Shown one piece after another: positions 35,030 to 45,048 of a DNA stretch of 64,000 nucleotides. Under the pieces are notes generated by a model, which saw only the letters and a list, made by a program, of their open reading frames with translations, ran no database searches and was not told where the DNA came from. Source of the DNA: Candidatus Saccharimonadales bacterium. GTDB lineage: Bacteria > Patescibacteriota > Saccharimonadia > Saccharimonadales > SZUA-47. Position numbers and translations under genes: made by a program. Position 1 is the stretch's first letter. Every line of letters starts with the position of its first letter. The stretch spans positions 141,437 to 205,436 of the forward strand of contig JBGSRU010000002.1 in NCBI GenBank assembly GCA_041737385.1, read 5' to 3'.

Positions 35030-35620
35030 ATGAGTAATCCAACGTCAATTTTAATTCCAACAGTTATCGAAAGCGACGGACGCGTTGAGCGTGCATATGA
35101 TATATACAGCCGGTTGCTTAAGGAACGAATTATATTTTTGGGGACAGATGTAAACTCTCACACAGCAAACCTTATAGTTGCGCAGTTATTATTCCTGCAA
35201 AATGAAGATCCTAAAAAAGATATTCAAATATATATAAACAGCCCAGGCGGAAGTGTGTACGACGGTATGGCGATATATGACACGATAAATCATATTAAAA
35301 ACGACGTCTCAACCGTCGGCATTGGCTTGCAGGCAAGCATGGGAGCGTTTTTATTGAGCTCAGGAACTAAAGGTAAAAGATTCTTGCTACCTCACGCTAA
35401 AGTCATGATTCACCAGCCTTCTAGCGGAACACGCGGAAAAGTTACTGATATGGAGATTGACCTAAAAGAAAGCCTCAAAACTCGTGAACTCTTAAACGAA
35501 ATCCTAGCTAAAAATACTGGTCAAAAACTGTCGAAGATTGAAAAAGATGTCGATCGTGACTATTGGATGACTTCAGAAGAAGCAGTTAAATACGGCATTG
35601 CAGACAAAGTTATAAAATAA
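35030..35620 (+). CDS. clpP: ATP-dependent Clp protease proteolytic subunit
   Basis: INSPGGSV, active-site region [15 protein letters not shown], and an AGAGG SD. Confidence 0.94.
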   Translation: MSNPTSILIPTVIESDGRVERAYDIYSRLLKERIIFLGTDVNSHTANLIVAQLLFLQNEDPKKDIQIYINSPGGSVYDGMAIYDTINHIKNDVSTVGIGLQASMGAFLLSSGTKGKRFLLPHAKVMIHQPSSGTRGKVTDMEIDLKESLKTRELLNEILAKNTGQKLSKIEKDVDRDYWMTSEEAVKYGIADKVIK

Positions 35621-35661
35621 AAACTTGAAAAAAACAAAATCTGCTATATAATCTTGCCTTG

Positions 35662-36303
35662 ATGTCTGCGAACGATATAATATCTCTACACCGTATTAAA
35701 GGTTATGACTTACATAATGTAGGTGTTGATCTAATTGATGCTACACACCATCTTCCAAATTCTGTATCAGAGCGGAGCAAAGGTATACCCTTTATAAGGG
35801 GTATTGAGCAATATGGTGCGCCTTTTGTTGTGCAAACAATGTCAAGCAAATCGCCAGAAGAAGTAGCTGTTATGTGGACGGGAATTGAATACGATATGTT
35901 CGCTAAAAGGCCATACCCGCTAGGCGTTGTCACGGTCACTTCTGCTGTAGAGCTTGTTTTAGGAGAAAGAACAAGAAAACAGAAACCAACTAGTATCACT
36001 GCAACATGTATTGACGTCGCTTCATTTGATGAATCTAGTTCACCTGAAGCGCTCATCGATATGGGCCGTAAGGTTGCAACACTGCTCCATCCGAATACAC
36101 CGACTGTTATGGTAGAACGAACTGGCTATAGAAGCAGAACTCCGCGTGGACAAGAAACATATCTTCATCGTGCACGTACTGTTTTTCCACATGAGTTATT
36201 TCGAGGTGTTGTATCAAGAAAAGGAATTGTTGCTAAAATTGGTTCGCAAAAATCAACTAAGAGTCTAAGCTTTGACGGAGTTGTTAAGGCTACTAAAAAA
36301 TAA
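35662..36303 (+). CDS. Hypothetical protein (213 aa) in the position usually held by clpX
   Basis: A TATAAT box at 35647-35652 lies 9 nt before the ATG. No motif is recognisable. Confidence 0.65.
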   Translation: MSANDIISLHRIKGYDLHNVGVDLIDATHHLPNSVSERSKGIPFIRGIEQYGAPFVVQTMSSKSPEEVAVMWTGIEYDMFAKRPYPLGVVTVTSAVELVLGERTRKQKPTSITATCIDVASFDESSSPEALIDMGRKVATLLHPNTPTVMVERTGYRSRTPRGQETYLHRARTVFPHELFRGVVSRKGIVAKIGSQKSTKSLSFDGVVKATKK

Positions 36304-36495
36304 GTTGACAGATGTTTTCTTTATGTGAGAAACTGTTACGCTAAGAAGTAGTGTACATCTATTGAGCTGCGTTATTAACCGACGGGTTATTTAACGCGGA
36401 ATAAGGCTCTTTTTGTAGGATCTTCGGCGGACAGATCAACAAATTAACGAATTGCTCTATGTTTTGCGCAAAGAAACATACGAGTTGGAGGCTAA

Positions 36496-39400
36496 ATGGC
36501 AAAGACGTCAATCACGACGCCTAAGCGTTCAGGCAAAGAACGCAAGTATTTTACAAATAAAAAAGAGATTATAAACATACCTAACTTAGTTGACCACCAG
36601 AACACCTCGTTCCAGTGGTTTGTAGATGAAGGGCTTGGTGAAATACTACAAGAAATCAGCCCAATCGATGATTATACAGGCACAAAACTAAGTATTCGTT
36701 TCAAAGACTATCACTTCGAAGATCCTAAGACCACAGAAGTCGCTGCAAGAGAGAACAATGTTAGCTACGAAGCACCGCTAAAAGCAGTTGTTGAGCTAAC
36801 AAACAAAGTCACTGGTGAAATCAAAGACCAAGAAATCTATCTTGGTGACTACCCATGGATGACTACTCGTGGAACATTTATCATAAACGGTGCTGAGCGT
36901 GTTGTTGTTAGCCAACTTATCAGAAGCCCAGGTGTATTCTATACCGCAGATTCTGTTGGTGGAACAAACTACTATAGTGCAAAAGTTATTCCTGGACGTG
37001 GTGCATGGCTAGAGTTTGAGACATCAGCATCTGGTGCTATCTTCGTTAAGATAGATCGTAAGCGCAAATTAGCTGTAACAACACTTTTGCGAGCTTTTGG
37101 GCTTACAGAACAGCAAATGCGTGAACAATTCAAGCATGTCGATAGCTCTAAAGACAGCTATATCACCGCAACGCTAGAAAAAGATCCAGCACGAGGAGTG
37201 AACGAATCACTTATTGAAGTATACCGCCGACTTCGCCCTGGTGATCTAGCGACCGTTGACAACGCTCGAAGTTTGATTGAAAACATGTTTTTCAACTACA
37301 AAAGATTTGATTTTAGTCGTGTAGGACGCTACAAGATTAACAAACGATTAAAACTAGATGTACCAAATATTGCTGAAAATCGCGTCATGCGAGTTGAAGA
37401 TCTCGTTGCAATCATCGCAGAGCTTATCCGCCTTAATACGACACAAGATCTCCCTGATGATATTGATAGTCTTGCCAACAGGCGCATTAAATTAGTCGGT
37501 GAGCTCGTACAACGTCAATTCCGTATTGGGTTACTTCGAATGGAACGAAATGCTAAAGACCGTATGTCAATGAGTGAAATTGAAACAGTCACGCCGTCAC
37601 AACTTATTAACGCACGTCCTATCGTCGCTGCTGTGCGTGAGTTCTTCGCGAGTTCACAGCTATCTCAGTTTATGGACCAGATCAACCCACTGTCTGAGCT
37701 TGCGCACAAACGTCGCCTAAGCTCTATGGGGCCTGGTGGTCTATCACGTGAGCGTGCTGGATTTGAAGTTCGCGACGCACACGCGACGCACTACGGTAGA
37801 ATTTGTCCCGTAGAAACTCCTGAAGGTGCAAACATCGGACTTGTTCTAAACATGGCAATGTATGCTCGTATTAACGATTACGGCTTCATGGAAACTCCAT
37901 ATCGTAAAGTAGTTAAAGGCAAAGTCACCGACACGGTCGAATTTTTGGACGCGGCAGATGAAGCTGAAGCAACTATAGCTAACGCAGGTGAAGAATTAAA
38001 AGAAAATGGTGCATTCGTTAATGAGCGTGTCAGTGCTCGTAAGCAGTTGTTAGCAACAGAAGTTGATACCGATGAAGTTACACACGTTGATGCCGCTGAT
38101 CGTCAGATTATTGGTTCAAGCGCAGGATTAATTCCGTTTATAGAGAAAAACTATGTGTATCGTTCGTTGATGGGTAGTAACCAGCAGAGACAAGCAGTTC
38201 CGCTTATTACTCCAGAAGCTCCGTTTGTTGGAACTGGCATGGAAGGAATGGTCGCTCGTAACTCTGGCCAAATGGTGCTTGCAGAAGAAGCAGGTGAAGT
38301 TATTGAAGCACATGCTAATAAAGTTGTCGTTGCTTATGAAAAACGAAAAGCAACGTACACACCAGTACACTTCCTACGATCAAACGAAGGATCTAGCATC
38401 AACCAGAAAGTTGTCGTCAGCAAAGGTGACAAAGTCAAGGCAGGTGATTCACTAATCGAAGGTATGTCAATCGACAACGGCGAACTCGCACTTGGTAAAA
38501 ACCTAACTGTTGCATTCATGCCTTGGCACGGATATAACTTTGAGGATGCCATTGTTATCTCACGTCGACTCGTAGAAGACGATACATTGACATCAATTCA
38601 TATCGTTGACTATATGACTGAAGTCCGCGAAACAAAATTAGGTCCTGAAATTGTCACAAGGGATATTCCAAACGTATCCGAAGATGCACTTCGACACCTC
38701 GATGAGGATGGTATCGTTCGAATCGGTGCAGAAGTCCATCCTGGAGATATTCTTGTCGGTAAAATTACGCCTAAGGGTGAACAGGAACTATCTTCTGAAG
38801 AACGACTGCTACGAGCTATCTTCGGTGAAAAAGCCAAAGAAGTTCGTGACACGTCTCAGAGAATGAGTAATGGTAAGCATGGTAAAGTCGTCGGTGTAAA
38901 AGTATTCTCACGTGCAAACGGACACGAGCTTAAAGCTGGTGTCATCATGCAAATCCAAGTTTTCGTCGCACAAATGCGTAAAATCGCTGTTGGTGATAAG
39001 CTTGGTGGTCGCCACGGTAACAAAGGTGTGATTGCTCGCGTCTTGCAAGAAGAAGATATGCCATTTACTGAAGACGGAACTCCAGTTGATATTGTATTGA
39101 ACCCGCTCGGTGTACCGAGCCGTATGAACATCGGTCAGCTTTTCGAAACGCACCTTGGTATGGCTGCAAAAGCACTTGGTATGAATGTTGCAAGTCCATC
39201 ATTCAATGGTGTAGCAATTAGCAAAATCCGTGACTTACTATCTGAAGCCGGACTTCCAGATGATGGTAAACAGCAATTGTTTGATGGTCAAACAGGTGAA
39301 CCATTTAACGAAAGAACGACAGTTGGTTCTATGTACATGATCAAGCTCAATCACATGATTGTCGACAAGATCCACGCACGATCAACTGGACCATACACCA

Positions 39401-39918
39401 TGGTGACGCAACAGCCACTTGGCGGTAAAGCGCAAAATGGTGGTCAGAGATTCGGAGAGATGGAAGTATGGGCACTTGAAGCATACGGTGCTGCGCATAC
39501 ACTGCAAGAAATGTTGACGCTCAAATCTGATGATGTCTACGGACGTTCAAAGGCTTATGAGTCGATCATTAAAGGTACCGAAATTGTTGGTCCTAAGGTT
39601 CCTGAATCTTTCAACGTGCTCGTAAAAGAGCTACAAGGACTTGGTCTAAAAGTTGACCTTGTCACGCATGACGCGGAAGTGCTTGATGCAGAAGATATGT
39701 TAAGCAAAAACATTAAAGACGAATCAGAACACATGCCAACACTAGAAGTTCCTCAGGATATAGCATCAGATGTTGACGTCACTGAAGACGCAAGTGTTGC
39801 AGGAGATTTTGAGGTAATCGATGTTGACGGAGAAACTGTCGTAAAAGATGACGAAAAATTAGAAGAAGTACATGAAGAGTCAGCCGATACAGAAGACGAG
39901 AAAGAAGGAGAGGAGTAA
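36496..39918 (+). CDS. rpoB: DNA-directed RNA polymerase beta subunit with an acidic C-terminal tail
   Basis: Conserved beta-subunit blocks (GTFIINGAERVVVSQL, RLSSMGPGGLSRERAGFEVRD, GDKLGGRHGNKGV, NPLGVPSRMNIGQ) and a GGAGG SD. Confidence 0.97.
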   Translation: MAKTSITTPKRSGKERKYFTNKKEIINIPNLVDHQNTSFQWFVDEGLGEILQEISPIDDYTGTKLSIRFKDYHFEDPKTTEVAARENNVSYEAPLKAVVELTNKVTGEIKDQEIYLGDYPWMTTRGTFIINGAERVVVSQLIRSPGVFYTADSVGGTNYYSAKVIPGRGAWLEFETSASGAIFVKIDRKRKLAVTTLLRAFGLTEQQMREQFKHVDSSKDSYITATLEKDPARGVNESLIEVYRRLRPGDLATVDNARSLIENMFFNYKRFDFSRVGRYKINKRLKLDVPNIAENRVMRVEDLVAIIAELIRLNTTQDLPDDIDSLANRRIKLVGELVQRQFRIGLLRMERNAKDRMSMSEIETVTPSQLINARPIVAAVREFFASSQLSQFMDQINPLSELAHKRRLSSMGPGGLSRERAGFEVRDAHATHYGRICPVETPEGANIGLVLNMAMYARINDYGFMETPYRKVVKGKVTDTVEFLDAADEAEATIANAGEELKENGAFVNERVSARKQLLATEVDTDEVTHVDAADRQIIGSSAGLIPFIEKNYVYRSLMGSNQQRQAVPLITPEAPFVGTGMEGMVARNSGQMVLAEEAGEVIEAHANKVVVAYEKRKATYTPVHFLRSNEGSSINQKVVVSKGDKVKAGDSLIEGMSIDNGELALGKNLTVAFMPWHGYNFEDAIVISRRLVEDDTLTSIHIVDYMTEVRETKLGPEIVTRDIPNVSEDALRHLDEDGIVRIGAEVHPGDILVGKITPKGEQELSSEERLLRAIFGEKAKEVRDTSQRMSNGKHGKVVGVKVFSRANGHELKAGVIMQIQVFVAQMRKIAVGDKLGGRHGNKGVIARVLQEEDMPFTEDGTPVDIVLNPLGVPSRMNIGQLFETHLGMAAKALGMNVASPSFNGVAISKIRDLLSEAGLPDDGKQQLFDGQTGEPFNERTTVGSMYMIKLNHMIVDKIHARSTGPYTMVTQQPLGGKAQNGGQRFGEMEVWALEAYGAAHTLQEMLTLKSDDVYGRSKAYESIIKGTEIVGPKVPESFNVLVKELQGLGLKVDLVTHDAEVLDAEDMLSKNIKDESEHMPTLEVPQDIASDVDVTEDASVAGDFEVIDVDGETVVKDDEKLEEVHEESADTEDEKEGEE

Positions 39919-39921
39919 GCC

Positions 39922-42900
39922 ATGAGAAAATATTCAACAGGTATAAATATTTCAGATTTTGATGCAGTTCGATTGGCAGTTGCAAGCTCAGATGACATCC
40001 AAGACTGGAGTCACGGAGAAGTAACAAAGCCAGAAACGATCAACTATCGTACGCAAAAACCAGAGAGAGACGGATTATTCTGTGAAAGAATCTTTGGTCC
40101 AGTAAAAGATATCAACCCACATGATGCAAAATTCAAGGGTGTACGCTCACGTGAAGCTGCTGTAGACAAAAAGGGCGAAGTAGTGACAAAGAGCATCGTT
40201 CGTCGTGAACGAATGGGCCACATTCAGCTCGCAGCTCCAGTTGCGCATATTTGGTTCCTTCGTGGAACTCCATCAGCAATTGGTTTGCTACTTGGAATGA
40301 CCGTTAAGAATCTAGAGCGAATTGCTTATTTTGCAAGCTACGTAATGACCGAAGTAGACAGCGAAGGTCGTGATCAGAAGCTTGCAGATAAAGAAGCAGA
40401 ATTCTCAGCAGCCAAAGAGGCTATCAAAGTTCGCTATGAAACTGAAGCAAAAGAAGAAGGTGCGAATGTCAAAGAGCTTGCAAAAATGCAGACAAAAGAA
40501 CTTGAAGAAGTTGACGAAGATTTTGCGCTAGTCAAAGAACAACTAGCTTCTCTCGAAGTAAGAGGCTTGATATCAGAAACAGATTACCGTAATCTTCCTG
40601 ATGATATCGAAGAGCTTATCACGGTACAAATGGGTGGTAACGCATTAGAAGCACTGCTTAAAGGTGTGAATTTACTTGATCTTATTGCTCAATTACAAGA
40701 TGAAGTTGAAGAAGCAAAAGGACAGCGTCGTAAGAAGCTCATGAAGCGGTTACGGCTACTCGAATCTATGGAGCGAGCAGGCATTAAACCAACAAGCATG
40801 TGTCTCACGGTTTTGCCGGTTATCCCTCCGGATCTTCGACCTATGGTGCAACTAACAGGTGGACGATTTGCGACATCAGATCTTAACGATCTTTACAGGC
40901 GCGTTATCAACCGTAACAATCGCTTGAAGAAGTTGATTGATCTTAATGCTCCAGAAGTAATTAAGCGGAACGAACAACGTATGTTGCAAGAAGCAGTTGA
41001 TGCGCTTGTTGACAACAACAGCACAAGATCAGGACGTGCAATTGCCTCTACTGGCCAAAGACGACGTTTGAAGTCACTATCAGACATGCTCAAAGGCAAG
41101 CAAGGTCGATTCCGACAAAACTTACTTGGTAAGCGTGTTGATTACTCAGGACGATCAGTCATCGTTGCTGGTCCTGAACTTAATATTGATCAATGTGGAC
41201 TACCAAAGATGATGGCACTTGAGCTGTTCAAGCCGTTTGTTATAGGCTGGTTGATTGAGCGTGATTTCGCGCACAACATCCGTAGTGCAACACGAATGAT
41301 CGAGCTTGGTGAAATCGCGGTGTGGGATGCACTTGACGATGTTATTCGTGGTAAATATGTGCTACTAAACCGTGCACCATCACTACACCGTCTATCAATT
41401 CAAGCATTTAAACCTGTACTCATTGAAGGTAAGGCTATCCAGCTGCACCCACTTGTCTGTAAAGGGTTTAATGCCGACTTTGACGGTGACCAAATGGCAG
41501 TTCACCTTCCATTGTCTGACGCAGCGCAGTCCGAAGCGAAGAACATCATGGCAGCAAACCGTAACTTGCTGAAACCAGCAGACGGTTCGCCGATATTGCA
41601 CATCGAGCAGGATATCGTGCTTGGTGCATATTACCTAACCTATAACCGTCCAGGTGTATCTGATCAAAAACCACGCGCATTTAGCAACGTCGGTGAGGCG
41701 ATCATGGCACGAGACAAAAACGTAGTTACTGCTCAAACTCCAGTACGTGTTGAGTTCAGGGGTGAAATACGTGATACAACTCTCGGAAGACTACTGTTCA
41801 ACGAAATCTTCCCGGAAGATTTTGCCTATCAGAACGATGAAATGACTAAGAAACGACTACAAAATGTTTTGGCTGAAGTCTATGCACAATATGGACAAGA
41901 AGAAACAGCTCGTATTGCTGACGAACTAAAGCGAGTAGGATTTGATTTTGCGACACGATCAGGAATCTCAATGGGTATGGATGATTTCAGCGACATTAAA
42001 GATGTACATAAAATCCTTGCAGAAGGTGAAAAGAACGCGAAAAACATCAGCGATCAGTTCGATCAAGGTTTCATTACTGATGAAGAGCGCTACCGTTTGA
42101 CGATTGATAACTGGATGAAAGCTGACGCAACTGTACAGAAAACTCTTGCAGAACAATTCGTTAAAGAAGACAGCTCAATGTCAATCGCAGTTAACTCAGG
42201 TGCTCGTGGTAACATCGGTCAGGTTAAGACAGCCGTTGGTCTCCTCGGTGTCGTAACAGACGCTTCAGGACGGGCGATTGAGCTTCCAATTAAGAGCAAC
42301 TATAAATCAGGTCTGACGCCGTTAGAGTATTTCACCGCAACCCGTGGTGCTCGTAAAGGTATGATCGATACAGCGCTTAAGACTGCCGATTCTGGTTATC
42401 TTACTCGTCGATTGGTTGATGTTTCCCAAGACGTCTTCACCACTGAAGAAGAAATTGCTGATCCAGGATTCGCTATTTACCGAGAAGGTGCAGCCTATAT
42501 CGGTGTCCCTTACGGTAACCGTTTGCAGGGTAGATTTGCTGCACAAGATGTTGCAAAATACGTTAAATCAGGTGAGCTCATTACTGAAGAGATTGCCGCT
42601 GCTATTGATAAGGACGAAACCATCGATGGTGTGAAGATCATGAGCGTCTTGTCAGTTCCTTCAATCAAAGGTATACCTCGTAAGAGCTATGGACTTGATC
42701 CAGCTACACGAGAACTCGTAAATGTATTCCACCCAGTTGGTGTTATCGCAGCTCAGTCTATCGGTGAGCCAGGTACGCAGCTAACGCTTAAAACCTTCCA
42801 CTCCGGTGGTGTTGCGGGTGATGATATCACAACTGGTCTACCTCGTGTTGAAGAGTTGTTCGAATGTCGAACACCAAAAGGTCAGGCGTTCCTCTCAGAA

Positions 42901-43743
42901 GTAGACGGTGTCGCAAGTGTATGGGAAGAAGGCGACCAGTACATCGTACAAATCGCTCCTGTAGAAATGAAAGTCGTCGAGTTGAAACTTGGTAAAGAAA
43001 CAGTCAGAGTCGCTTCAGGCAGTACTGTCCGTGAAGGTGAAATCCTTGCGAGCAACAGTAAAAACGAAATCCTCTCCCCACTTGCAGGCGTCGTTGATGT
43101 CGTAGAAGGAAAGCTGATTGTTAGCCCTGGTAAACAAGGTGCTGTTCGATACGAAATCCCAGGCTTTAAACAGTTAGAAGTAAAAGACGGTGACGTGATT
43201 AAAGCAGGTGATCGATTGACAAACGGTTCAATCAATCTTGCCGAGCTCATGAAGTATTCAGGTGTTGAAGCAACACAGCGTTACATCATGAACGAAATTC
43301 TTTCAATCTTTGCTGCACAAGGCCAGAACATCGCAGATAAGCACCTTGAAATCATTGTGCGTCAGATGTTTAGTCGTGTACAAATCGACGAGCCGGGCGA
43401 CAGTAAATTTGTTACAGGTGACGTCATCAGTAAACAAACAGTCCTTGAGAGCAACGAAAAGATGGCAAATGACGGAAGTCAGCTAATACGTTACAACCAG
43501 TTACTGCTCGGTATCACCAAAGCAAGTCTTGCTACTGACTCATTCTTGAGTGCTGCAAGCTTCCAAGACACCACCCGGGTGCTTATTGGTGCTGCCACAA
43601 GCGGTAAAGTTGATAACTTGTTTGGTCTAAAAGAAAACGTGATCCTTGGACGCCTTATTCCTGTCGGAACTGGTAAGAAGACACAAGAGCAAAGAGATGC
43701 AGAAGAAGCAGAGCTTGAAGAAGCTGTTGAAATAGCTGCTTAA
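39922..43743 (+). CDS. rpoC: DNA-directed RNA polymerase beta' subunit
   Basis: NADFDGDQM catalytic loop, the RAPSLHRLSIQAF block, and bridge-helix and trigger-loop blocks. Confidence 0.97.
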   Translation: MRKYSTGINISDFDAVRLAVASSDDIQDWSHGEVTKPETINYRTQKPERDGLFCERIFGPVKDINPHDAKFKGVRSREAAVDKKGEVVTKSIVRRERMGHIQLAAPVAHIWFLRGTPSAIGLLLGMTVKNLERIAYFASYVMTEVDSEGRDQKLADKEAEFSAAKEAIKVRYETEAKEEGANVKELAKMQTKELEEVDEDFALVKEQLASLEVRGLISETDYRNLPDDIEELITVQMGGNALEALLKGVNLLDLIAQLQDEVEEAKGQRRKKLMKRLRLLESMERAGIKPTSMCLTVLPVIPPDLRPMVQLTGGRFATSDLNDLYRRVINRNNRLKKLIDLNAPEVIKRNEQRMLQEAVDALVDNNSTRSGRAIASTGQRRRLKSLSDMLKGKQGRFRQNLLGKRVDYSGRSVIVAGPELNIDQCGLPKMMALELFKPFVIGWLIERDFAHNIRSATRMIELGEIAVWDALDDVIRGKYVLLNRAPSLHRLSIQAFKPVLIEGKAIQLHPLVCKGFNADFDGDQMAVHLPLSDAAQSEAKNIMAANRNLLKPADGSPILHIEQDIVLGAYYLTYNRPGVSDQKPRAFSNVGEAIMARDKNVVTAQTPVRVEFRGEIRDTTLGRLLFNEIFPEDFAYQNDEMTKKRLQNVLAEVYAQYGQEETARIADELKRVGFDFATRSGISMGMDDFSDIKDVHKILAEGEKNAKNISDQFDQGFITDEERYRLTIDNWMKADATVQKTLAEQFVKEDSSMSIAVNSGARGNIGQVKTAVGLLGVVTDASGRAIELPIKSNYKSGLTPLEYFTATRGARKGMIDTALKTADSGYLTRRLVDVSQDVFTTEEEIADPGFAIYREGAAYIGVPYGNRLQGRFAAQDVAKYVKSGELITEEIAAAIDKDETIDGVKIMSVLSVPSIKGIPRKSYGLDPATRELVNVFHPVGVIAAQSIGEPGTQLTLKTFHSGGVAGDDITTGLPRVEELFECRTPKGQAFLSEVDGVASVWEEGDQYIVQIAPVEMKVVELKLGKETVRVASGSTVREGEILASNSKNEILSPLAGVVDVVEGKLIVSPGKQGAVRYEIPGFKQLEVKDGDVIKAGDRLTNGSINLAELMKYSGVEATQRYIMNEILSIFAAQGQNIADKHLEIIVRQMFSRVQIDEPGDSKFVTGDVISKQTVLESNEKMANDGSQLIRYNQLLLGITKASLATDSFLSAASFQDTTRVLIGAATSGKVDNLFGLKENVILGRLIPVGTGKKTQEQRDAEEAELEEAVEIAA

Positions 43744-43859
43744 ATCTGTTAAAGTAGTACTTACAAATTAAGTAGTCCGAGTCATGGGAAAGAACGTCTG
43801 CCTAGGCATAAGGTCAAGCGTCCCATATGACAGAAGCCTACATCTATAGGAAGGAATTT

Positions 43860-44273
43860 ATGCCAACAATCAATCAATTAGTGCGTAAACCACGTAAAAC
43901 TGCAAAGGTGAAGAGCAAGTCTCCAGCATTGCACAAAGTGGTGAACAATCTTAAAACAACAAACTATGAGAAACCTGCGCCATTTAAGCGCGGAGTATGT
44001 GTCAAGGTAACCACCAAAACACCAAAGAAACCGAACTCTGCGCTTCGTAAAGTAGCACGTGTTCGCCTGGGTAATGGCTATGAAGTATGGGCATATATCG
44101 GCGGCGAAGGTCACAACCTTCAGGAACACGCTGTTGTTACTATTCGTGGCGGAAGAGTCAAAGACCTTCCGGGTGTTCGTTACCATGTTGTCAGAGGCTC
44201 ATTAGACCTTCAAGGCGTTGATGGCCGTAAAAGAGGTCGTAGCAAATACGGCACAAAGAAAGCTGGTAAATAG
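43860..44273 (+). CDS. rpsL: 30S ribosomal protein S12
   Basis: [12 protein letters not shown] start preceded by a GGAAGGA SD, and the [14 protein letters not shown] motif. The ORF-track start at 43827 is rejected. Confidence 0.95.
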   Translation: MPTINQLVRKPRKTAKVKSKSPALHKVVNNLKTTNYEKPAPFKRGVCVKVTTKTPKKPNSALRKVARVRLGNGYEVWAYIGGEGHNLQEHAVVTIRGGRVKDLPGVRYHVVRGSLDLQGVDGRKRGRSKYGTKKAGK

Positions 44274-44275
44274 AC

Positions 44276-44752
44276 ATGCCACGAAAGACCACAAAGGCTT
44301 TAGTTCGACCAAAGCTTCCAGACCGAAAATACAATAATGAGATGGTGCAACGACTTATCAACCGAGTCATGCGACACGGTAAAAAGCAAATAGCTGAAAA
44401 GATTGTTTATGAAGCAATTGAAGAAGCTGCACGAATGCTAAAGAACGAAAACCCAATTGAAGTTTTCGACAAAGCTATGAAAAATGTTACGCCGTTTATG
44501 GAAACACGTTCTCGCCGAGTTGGTGGAGCAAACTATCAGATTCCTTTCGAAGTTAAAGGTCAAAGACAGAAACACCTTACAATTATGTGGTTCATCGCTG
44601 CTGCAAGGTCTAAAAAAGGTATGCCGATGAGCAAACGAATTGCTAATGAACTCGTCGATGCATACAACCAAACAGGTACAGCCTTCAAGAAGAAGGAAGA
44701 CACTCATAAGATGGCAGAGTCTAACCGAGCCTTCGCTCACTTCGCGAGATAG
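44276..44752 (+). CDS. rpsG: 30S ribosomal protein S7
   Basis: An S7 signature of the VE.RSRRVGGANYQIP type. Confidence 0.95.
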   Translation: MPRKTTKALVRPKLPDRKYNNEMVQRLINRVMRHGKKQIAEKIVYEAIEEAARMLKNENPIEVFDKAMKNVTPFMETRSRRVGGANYQIPFEVKGQRQKHLTIMWFIAAARSKKGMPMSKRIANELVDAYNQTGTAFKKKEDTHKMAESNRAFAHFAR

Positions 44753-44761
44753 GATCTATAG

Positions 44762-45040
44762 GTGTTTGCAGTAAACCCTGAGCCCGAAAAAGTAGTTGAC
44801 CAAATAATTTTAGGTCGTGCTGAATGTATGGTAGGTGTTGCTTTACAAGACACAACATGGCTTGAGGCTGAAAATGTCGACCTTGGCTTTGGACCAGTTA
44901 ATACGTCTTTATTGAGAAATATAAGACAATCTTATGGAAAAGTTGCTCTAAGTCTAGTTGACAGTGGGAAATGGGAGTTAGCAGATGAGACAGCTCGAGC
45001 ACATGTTTTAGCACAGACGATAAATACTTTAAACCGATAA
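44762..45040 (+). CDS. Hypothetical 92-aa ORF (GTG start) inserted between rpsG and fusA
   Basis: It fills almost the whole 296-nt rpsG-fusA gap, with TAGGAT 7 nt upstream of the GTG. No motif is recognisable. Confidence 0.4.
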   Translation: MFAVNPEPEKVVDQIILGRAECMVGVALQDTTWLEAENVDLGFGPVNTSLLRNIRQSYGKVALSLVDSGKWELADETARAHVLAQTINTLNR

Positions 45041-45048
45041 GGATTAGA

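Noticed and set aside
36496-43743. About 20 ORFs of 60-120 aa on the minus strand or in alternative frames inside rpoB and rpoC. Similar ones occur inside pepN, clpC, the PBP gene, recG, fusA, tuf, secY and the ribosomal protein genes.
   Set aside because: All are fully nested in strongly supported conserved genes. They have low-complexity or Ser/Cys/Phe-rich translations typical of antisense frames, and no start signals.
43827-43859. The upstream ATG at 43827 for rpsL.
   Set aside because: S12 universally begins at MPTINQL. A GGAAGGA SD sits directly before the ATG at 43860.
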